In this document: positions 58,577 through 64,000 of the stretch, in pieces | Position numbering within the stretch: the first letter of the stretch is position 1 | Layout of the letters: every line of letters begins with the position of its first letter | Assembly: GCA_947591785.1 (NCBI GenBank) | Contig: CANQDK010000004.1 | Span: forward strand, 12,137-76,136 | DNA: 64,000 nt | Reading direction: 5' to 3' | DNA from: an uncultured Clostridia bacterium | GTDB lineage: Bacteria > Bacillota > Clostridia > Christensenellales > UBA1242 | Position numbers and translations under genes: made by a program | Notes under the pieces: model-generated | Seen by the model: only the letters and a program-made list of their open reading frames with translations | What the model was told of the DNA's origin: nothing | Database searches by the model: none

Positions 58577-61018
58577 ATGGCACTTAACAGTGGACTTTTT
58601 TCAGATAGTATTGAAAAGGTTATCAAAAACGCAAGTAAGATTGCTTTGCGTTTTGGGAGTAATTTGGTTGGCACAGAACATATTTTGTATGGTTTGGTTA
58701 GCGTGAGTGAATGCACTGCATCTAAACTTCTCAGACAATATAATGTCACAGAAAACGCTCTTTTTGAAATTTTTGAAGAAAATGCGAGTGGAGTTTCTCT
58801 TTTTGGGAATGTTGAATTAACACCTCGCACAAAAGAACTTTTCCAAATCGCTCAAAGCATTGCGATGGATTTGGGACATTCTTTCATTGGAACAGAACAT
58901 CTCTTGCTTGCTATTCTTTCAAATAAAAGCTGTTATGCAACAAGAATGCTTGAAAACTTCTTCAATCTTGATGTTGATGAGGTTAAATCAAAACTTTTGG
59001 CTTCTTTGCAAGTTTCTTCTGGAAAAGATGGCAAGAAAAAAACAGATGATGGTGTGTCAAACTCAAATCAAGCTGGAAGCGAACTCCCAGAAAAACTTCT
59101 TGATATGGGGAGTGACATAACTTTAAAGGCAAGACAACACAAACTTGACCCTGTGATTGGAAGAGAAGAAGAAATACAAAGAGTTATTGAAATTTTGTGT
59201 CGAAAGACAAAAAATAATCCTTGCCTTATTGGAGAAGCAGGGGTTGGTAAGACGGCTGTGGTTGAAGGACTTGCTCTTGCAATAGCCAGTGGAGATGTTC
59301 CAGACGAAATCAAAAATAAAAACATTTTTGCACTCGAAATTGGCGGACTTATGGCAGGAACAAAATATCGTGGACAAATGGAAGAAAAATTAAAAGATGC
59401 CATTGAAACGATTATTGAAAATGGAAACATTATTGTTTTCATTGATGAAATTCACACTCTTGCTCAAGCAGGGAGCGAGAAAGGAGAAACAAGCCCTGCG
59501 GATATGTTGAAACCATATCTTGCAAGAGGAGAACTTCAAACTATTGGAGCAACCACGACAGATGAATATCGAAAATATATTGAAAAAGATAAGGCCCTTG
59601 AAAGACGTTTTCAACCTGTTATGGTAAATCCACCAAGTGTTGAACAAACTATTGAGATTTTGAAAGGCCTTAAAGACACTTATGAGGCATTTCATAAAAT
59701 TATAATAACTGATGAGGCTATTTCTGCCGCTGCAAATCTTTCTGACCGTTATATTACAGACAGAAGTCTTCCAGATAAGGCTATTGACCTTATTGATGAA
59801 GCATGCTCGCGTGCAAAAGTGAATTTCACGCTAAAACCTCAAAAAGTTAGAGATTTGGAAGATAAAATCAAAAGTCTTTCTGCAAGTCGAGATGAAGCAT
59901 CTCTTCAAAGAAACTATGAAAAGGCAGCAAAATTGCAGTCAGAAATTATCAATTTGGAAAATGAACTTAAAAATCATAACGATAAGATTGTAAAGAAAAG
60001 TGGAAGCGGGCAGATTGGAGAAAATGAAATTGCAGAAGTTGTTTCAAAATGGACTGGTATTCCTGTCACAAAATTGACAGAAGGTGAAAAAGAAAAACTT
60101 TTGCATTTGGAAGAAATTTTACACAAGCGTGTTGTTGGACAAGATGAAGCTATTAATGCGGTTTCAAAGGCGATAAGAAGGGCAAGGGTTGGACTTCAAG
60201 ACAGCAAACGTCCAATAGGTTCGTTTTTGTTTATGGGCCCAACAGGTGTTGGAAAGACAGAACTTTCCAAAGCAATTGCTGAGGCACTTTTTGACAATGA
60301 AAACAACATTGTTCGTATTGATATGAGCGAATATATGGAAAGTCATACCGTTTCAAAACTTATTGGTTCACCACCAGGATATGTTGGATTTGATGAAGGC
60401 GGACAGTTGACTGAGGCTGTTAGAAGAAAGCCATACAGCGTTGTGCTTTTTGACGAAATAGAAAAGGCTCACCCTGAGGTTTTAAACAGTTTGCTCCAAA
60501 TTTTAGATGATGGCAGATTAACCGACAGCAAAGGCAGAACTGTAAGTTTTAAAAACACAGTTATCATTATGACAAGCAACATTGGTGCAAATGAAATTCG
60601 CACATCAAAACAACTTGGATTTGCAACAGAAAACGGAGAAAGATTGGCAGAACGTGACATCTATATGGATGCATTAAAGAAGAAATTTAAACCAGAACTT
60701 ATCAACAGAATTGATGTGATTTGCATTTTTGAGAGTCTTTCAAAGCAGGATTTAATCAAAATATCCAGAATTATGATTGACAACATAAATAAGAGGTTAA
60801 ATTCAAAAGGTATGAAACTTGTTGTAAAACCGCAAGCAGTGGATTTTATTGTTTCAAAAGGAGCAAATTTAATATATGGTGCAAGGCCATTGAAGCGATT
60901 TATTGAACAAGAAATTGAAGACCGCATTGCAGAAAAAATCTTGCTTGGTGAACTTCCTGACAGTGGAACTATTGAAGTCGATGTTGAAGGAAATCAACTT
61001 TTCTTTAATGCAAAATAA
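58577..61018 (+). CDS. clpC: ATP-dependent Clp protease ATPase subunit ClpC
   Basis: Clp-N repeats, two AAA modules (GEAGVGKTA, GPTGVGKTE) and a UVR-like linker. Confidence 0.97.
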   Translation: MALNSGLFSDSIEKVIKNASKIALRFGSNLVGTEHILYGLVSVSECTASKLLRQYNVTENALFEIFEENASGVSLFGNVELTPRTKELFQIAQSIAMDLGHSFIGTEHLLLAILSNKSCYATRMLENFFNLDVDEVKSKLLASLQVSSGKDGKKKTDDGVSNSNQAGSELPEKLLDMGSDITLKARQHKLDPVIGREEEIQRVIEILCRKTKNNPCLIGEAGVGKTAVVEGLALAIASGDVPDEIKNKNIFALEIGGLMAGTKYRGQMEEKLKDAIETIIENGNIIVFIDEIHTLAQAGSEKGETSPADMLKPYLARGELQTIGATTTDEYRKYIEKDKALERRFQPVMVNPPSVEQTIEILKGLKDTYEAFHKIIITDEAISAAANLSDRYITDRSLPDKAIDLIDEACSRAKVNFTLKPQKVRDLEDKIKSLSASRDEASLQRNYEKAAKLQSEIINLENELKNHNDKIVKKSGSGQIGENEIAEVVSKWTGIPVTKLTEGEKEKLLHLEEILHKRVVGQDEAINAVSKAIRRARVGLQDSKRPIGSFLFMGPTGVGKTELSKAIAEALFDNENNIVRIDMSEYMESHTVSKLIGSPPGYVGFDEGGQLTEAVRRKPYSVVLFDEIEKAHPEVLNSLLQILDDGRLTDSKGRTVSFKNTVIIMTSNIGANEIRTSKQLGFATENGERLAERDIYMDALKKKFKPELINRIDVICIFESLSKQDLIKISRIMIDNINKRLNSKGMKLVVKPQAVDFIVSKGANLIYGARPLKRFIEQEIEDRIAEKILLGELPDSGTIEVDVEGNQLFFNAK

Positions 61019-61111
61019 AATCTCATAAATTCAATTTTTCAATTAAAACATTTGGAAAAAAAATTGAAATTTGATATTATTATATAGACAATTAAAAAGG
61101 AGAAAAATTAT

Positions 61112-61639
61112 ATGAAAATAACATTTGTTGAAAATAAATTTAAGATTGCAAAAAGATTTAAAGATGTGATGACAGAAAAATTGAATAAATTGGACAAATA
61201 TTTTGGTGAGACTGCAACTGCTCGTGTTGTTTGCTCTAAACAAGGAAAAAATGAAAAGTTGGAAGTTACAATCACAAATAAGGGGCTTCTGTATCGCAGT
61301 GAAGTTATGGGAATGAACAACTATGAAAATATTGACTTGGCTTTGCCAAAACTTGAAAAACAAATTGTAAGAAATCGTGAAAAATTGACTCAGAAAAAAC
61401 GCACAGCACCAAAGAATTTGGGCTTTGAATTTTTGGAGGAAATGCCAGAACTCAAACTTCCAGAAATTTATAAGAAAAAAGTATTTGATCTTGAACCTAT
61501 TGTTTTGGAAGAAGCAAAAGATGCAATTGAACGTTTGGGGCATTCTTTCTATGTTTTCTTAAATGCTGAAACAGGAAAGGTGAATGTGCTTTATCGCAGA
61601 AATGATGAAAAATTTGGACTTATTGAAGTAAATTTTTAA
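61112..61639 (+). CDS. hpf: Ribosome hibernation promoting factor (long HPF)
   Basis: An N-terminal RaiA/HPF fold (LNKLDKYF) and a C-terminal dimerisation domain (HSFYVFLNAETGKVNVLYRRNDEKFGLIE). Confidence 0.9.
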   Translation: MKITFVENKFKIAKRFKDVMTEKLNKLDKYFGETATARVVCSKQGKNEKLEVTITNKGLLYRSEVMGMNNYENIDLALPKLEKQIVRNREKLTQKKRTAPKNLGFEFLEEMPELKLPEIYKKKVFDLEPIVLEEAKDAIERLGHSFYVFLNAETGKVNVLYRRNDEKFGLIEVNF

Positions 61640-61886
61640 ATTTTTTCTATTTTCCTCTTAAAATTCAAAAGAACAGCCTTTAATAGACTGTTTTTTTTGT
61701 TTTATCGCTTTATTTTTACGATTTTTAAATTTTTATTTATTTTTAAATAAAAAAAGTTAGATTATATTAAAAATAAAAGCAATCCCAGATTTTATATTTA
61801 AAAATAAAAACAATCCTAATATAAAATTTAACAAAAATATTTTATCAAGGTGATTTTAGCATAAAAAAACAAAAGGTTCACAAAAT

Positions 61887-62405
61887 ATGACTATGAAAAG
61901 GTTTTTTATAGTTTTATTATGTGTATGTTTATGCTTTCTGGCTGGTTGTGAAGACGAAACCAAACTTACTTCTGCCCATATAAGTGACATTACAGGTGCG
62001 TTATCAACTGACTATGCAATCAAGGTTGTGCTTGATGAAGATGATAGAGTTGTTGATAAAAATGTTGGACTGCAAATTATGAGTAATGTTGAAAATTTAT
62101 CTCTAAAATTTGGAGAAGAGTTGGGTGATGATTATACGTTAACTCTTCCAAGAAAAGATTATTGGTATAATCTAACCTATCTTATCAGCAAGACAAATGG
62201 GGTTGGGAAAGAAGCTGGTTATCTTGGATATGAAGAGTATGGTGACAGAGTGTTTCGATTCTCTTCCAATCAAGATGTTGAATTGACTTTCCGAATGGTT
62301 GTTGGAAAAACTAAGGTTAATTCAAAAACGGGAGAGGAAATTTTAGTGCTATCAGAACCAATCAGTGAAGAAGTGAAAGTTAATGTGAAGAAAGCAAAAA
62401 AATAA
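61887..62405 (+). CDS. Lipoprotein of unknown function
   Basis: Signal peptide with lipobox LAGC. Confidence 0.6.
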   Translation: MTMKRFFIVLLCVCLCFLAGCEDETKLTSAHISDITGALSTDYAIKVVLDEDDRVVDKNVGLQIMSNVENLSLKFGEELGDDYTLTLPRKDYWYNLTYLISKTNGVGKEAGYLGYEEYGDRVFRFSSNQDVELTFRMVVGKTKVNSKTGEEILVLSEPISEEVKVNVKKAKK

Positions 62406-62442
62406 AAGGAAAATATCCTTTTATTTTTCTTTCTAAAAATTT

Positions 62443-63093
62443 TTATTCTTCAATTATTTTTCCATGTTCAAAATATATTTTTCTTTTACATATTTTTTCT
62501 GCAATTTCGGGACGCGAGCAAGCCAATAATAATGTGGTTTCAGGGCCTTTGAGTTTTTTTATCATGCTCAAAATTGCATCAACATACACATCGGAAATTT
62601 CATCAAAAATATTGTCGATAAGCAAGAGATCAAGAGGGCGGAATGTTAGACGAATGAGTGAAAGAATATATTTATCTTCTTTCCTAATATTTCTTACTTT
62701 TTCATCACGAATTTTTTCAAGAGAGAAATCAATAATTGCATTGTTTATAATCTTTTCAGCCTCTGCTGGTTTGACACCTTTTTTATTTAGTAAATAGCGG
62801 AAATTTTCATAGACAGATTTATTCTCTAAAAATGAAGGACAATATGGAACATAGCCAACACTTAAATCAGTTTTATAATCAATTTTTTTGAGCGGAATTT
62901 TGTTGATATAAACTTCGCCACTGTCTGGAGCTTCAAGTTTGGCAAGAACACGTAACAGGGTGGTTTTTCCGCTGTTAAGCTCTCCAACAAGAGCAACACT
63001 TTCTCCAACAGCAACATTAAAACTGATATCCTCAAGTGCATGAAATTCTTTTGTATATTTGAGATTTAGGTTTTTGACTGATAACATAAGCAC
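62443..63093 (-). CDS. Degenerate ABC-type ATPase-fold protein (Walker A only)
   Basis: GELNSGKTTLL is intact. The Q-loop Gln, the LSGGQ signature, the Walker B Glu (LLLIDN) and the H-loop His are all substituted. No permease gene is adjacent. Confidence 0.7.
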   Translation of the reverse strand: MLMLSVKNLNLKYTKEFHALEDISFNVAVGESVALVGELNSGKTTLLRVLAKLEAPDSGEVYINKIPLKKIDYKTDLSVGYVPYCPSFLENKSVYENFRYLLNKKGVKPAEAEKIINNAIIDFSLEKIRDEKVRNIRKEDKYILSLIRLTFRPLDLLLIDNIFDEISDVYVDAILSMIKKLKGPETTLLLACSRPEIAEKICKRKIYFEHGKIIEE

Positions 63094-63195
63094 TCCAAAA
63101 ATAGATTTTCAATTTCATTTTAACATATTTTGCAGAAAAATAAAAATGTTTTGATGTGCTTTTAGGTTTAAAGGAAAAAGAATTGAATGAATTTG

Positions 63196-63762
63196 TCACA
63201 AATCTTCATAGGATTCATCGGATTTTATTATATTTGAATTTTCTGTTTTTGCATTTGAATTCTTATGAGTTTGACTTTCTTTTTTTGAGGATAATAGGTT
63301 GGAAAAAAGTTGAGAGGCGAGTGGATTTTGCAAAGTTGTATTTCCGTTTGAGAGAGTTTTTGCAAGTAATTCGTCAGGGTTAGTGTTTTTTAAAAGAAAT
63401 AACAAATTTTCAAAATTTAAGGCTTTTTTTTGATTTTTTATGAATTTTTCGTTAATATTTTGAGAATTTTCATTTTTTGAATCGTCTTGTTGGCTTAAAT
63501 TTGAAAAATTCGTTACTGTTTCAGCATAATTATTTTTTTCTTGAAAAAAAGTATCATCTTGTGATTTTGAGTTTTGTTCTAAGTATGAAAAATCTTGTTG
63601 AAATTGTGAGAAATCAAGAGTGGATGAATTTTCACTTTCTTTTTTATTGTTTTCTGGAACAGAAAGTGTTTCTGGATAATATTGACTTGCTCGATTTTCT
63701 TGACTGTTTTGAAAACCCTGTCCATTTTGCATATTGTTTTGGTGTTGAAAAAAATAGTTCAT
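63196..63762 (-). CDS. Gln/Asn/Ser-rich low-complexity protein of unknown function
   Basis: 188-aa ORF co-oriented with and upstream of the ABC-like gene. Confidence 0.5.
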   Translation of the reverse strand: MNYFFQHQNNMQNGQGFQNSQENRASQYYPETLSVPENNKKESENSSTLDFSQFQQDFSYLEQNSKSQDDTFFQEKNNYAETVTNFSNLSQQDDSKNENSQNINEKFIKNQKKALNFENLLFLLKNTNPDELLAKTLSNGNTTLQNPLASQLFSNLLSSKKESQTHKNSNAKTENSNIIKSDESYEDL

Positions 63763-63844
63763 AACTTATTTATATGTTTGTTTTTGTCGATTGTGTAATA
63801 AATTTCTTTACTTTCATATATTGTTTTTATCAAAGGAGTTTTAT

Positions 63845-64000
63845 ATGAGATTAAGTGAAATGAACAAGCAAAGTGGACAAGTGAACTATTCAGCAAAAAA
63901 ACAAAACGTTTATCAAAAAGAAACTGGCTCAAAAAATGAAATAAGACAACAAAAATCAAAAAATAATATTATGGATTCTTATGAAAATTTGAAAAATTGC
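63845..64000 (+). CDS. Hypothetical protein, 5' part (runs off the window)
   Basis: AGGAG lies 6 nt before ATG 63845, and 52 open codons run to the window end. Confidence 0.4.
   Translation, partial: MRLSEMNKQSGQVNYSAKKQNVYQKETGSKNEIRQQKSKNNIMDSYENLKNC

Noticed and set aside
1-64000. Mollicutes-type genetic code (UGA = Trp), considered because of the low GC
   Set aside because: TGA terminates pcrA, ligA, yqfD and the TIM-barrel gene at the expected protein ends. The only tRNA-Trp seen has anticodon CCA.

Overview
The window looks like chromosome from a low-GC, spore-forming Firmicutes-type bacterium using code 11: TGA acts as a stop and tRNA-Trp has a CCA anticodon. Supporting features are T-box leaders, a Prp-processed L27, mcsB-clpC, Bacillus-type dnaB/dnaI and yqfC/yqfD/ytxC. 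The core gene order is pcrA(3' part)-ligA; rpsL-rpsG-fusA-tuf; an M18 aminopeptidase; sepF-lspA-rluD; rplU-prp-rpmA; ogg; two lipoproteins; floA; yqfC-yqfD-ybeY-era; serS (T-box); tRNA-Trp; dnaB-dnaI; an M1 peptidase; ku; ytxC; thrS (T-box); yajC; secD-secF; tex; mini-mcsA-mcsB-clpC; hpf. Two things stand out. (1) Cargo genes repeatedly sit directly behind a conserved gene and are bracketed by imperfect direct repeats of that gene's 3' end. This occurs at ligA (147/150 nt repeats around a sigma-like gene), tuf (a 39-nt coding repeat whose 5 differences are all synonymous, around a TIM-barrel gene with 11-bp TTTTGACCACA arrays) and tRNA-Trp (two stacked cassettes). ytxC carries a cargo-free perfect 19-bp tandem duplication across its stop codon. 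No recombinase is present in the window. (2) Three tandem sigma-70-like paralogues lie between ligA and the str operon. Two of them carry long C-terminal arrays of HTH or region-4-like modules, an architecture I do not recognise. Smaller items are an orphan promoter-to-terminator structured RNA upstream of rpsL, a divergent short sigma, a ligand-less amidohydrolase fold, a degenerate ABC ATPase, a mini-McsA and an orphan Ku. All calls come from reading the sequence and from motif memory; no database search was run.
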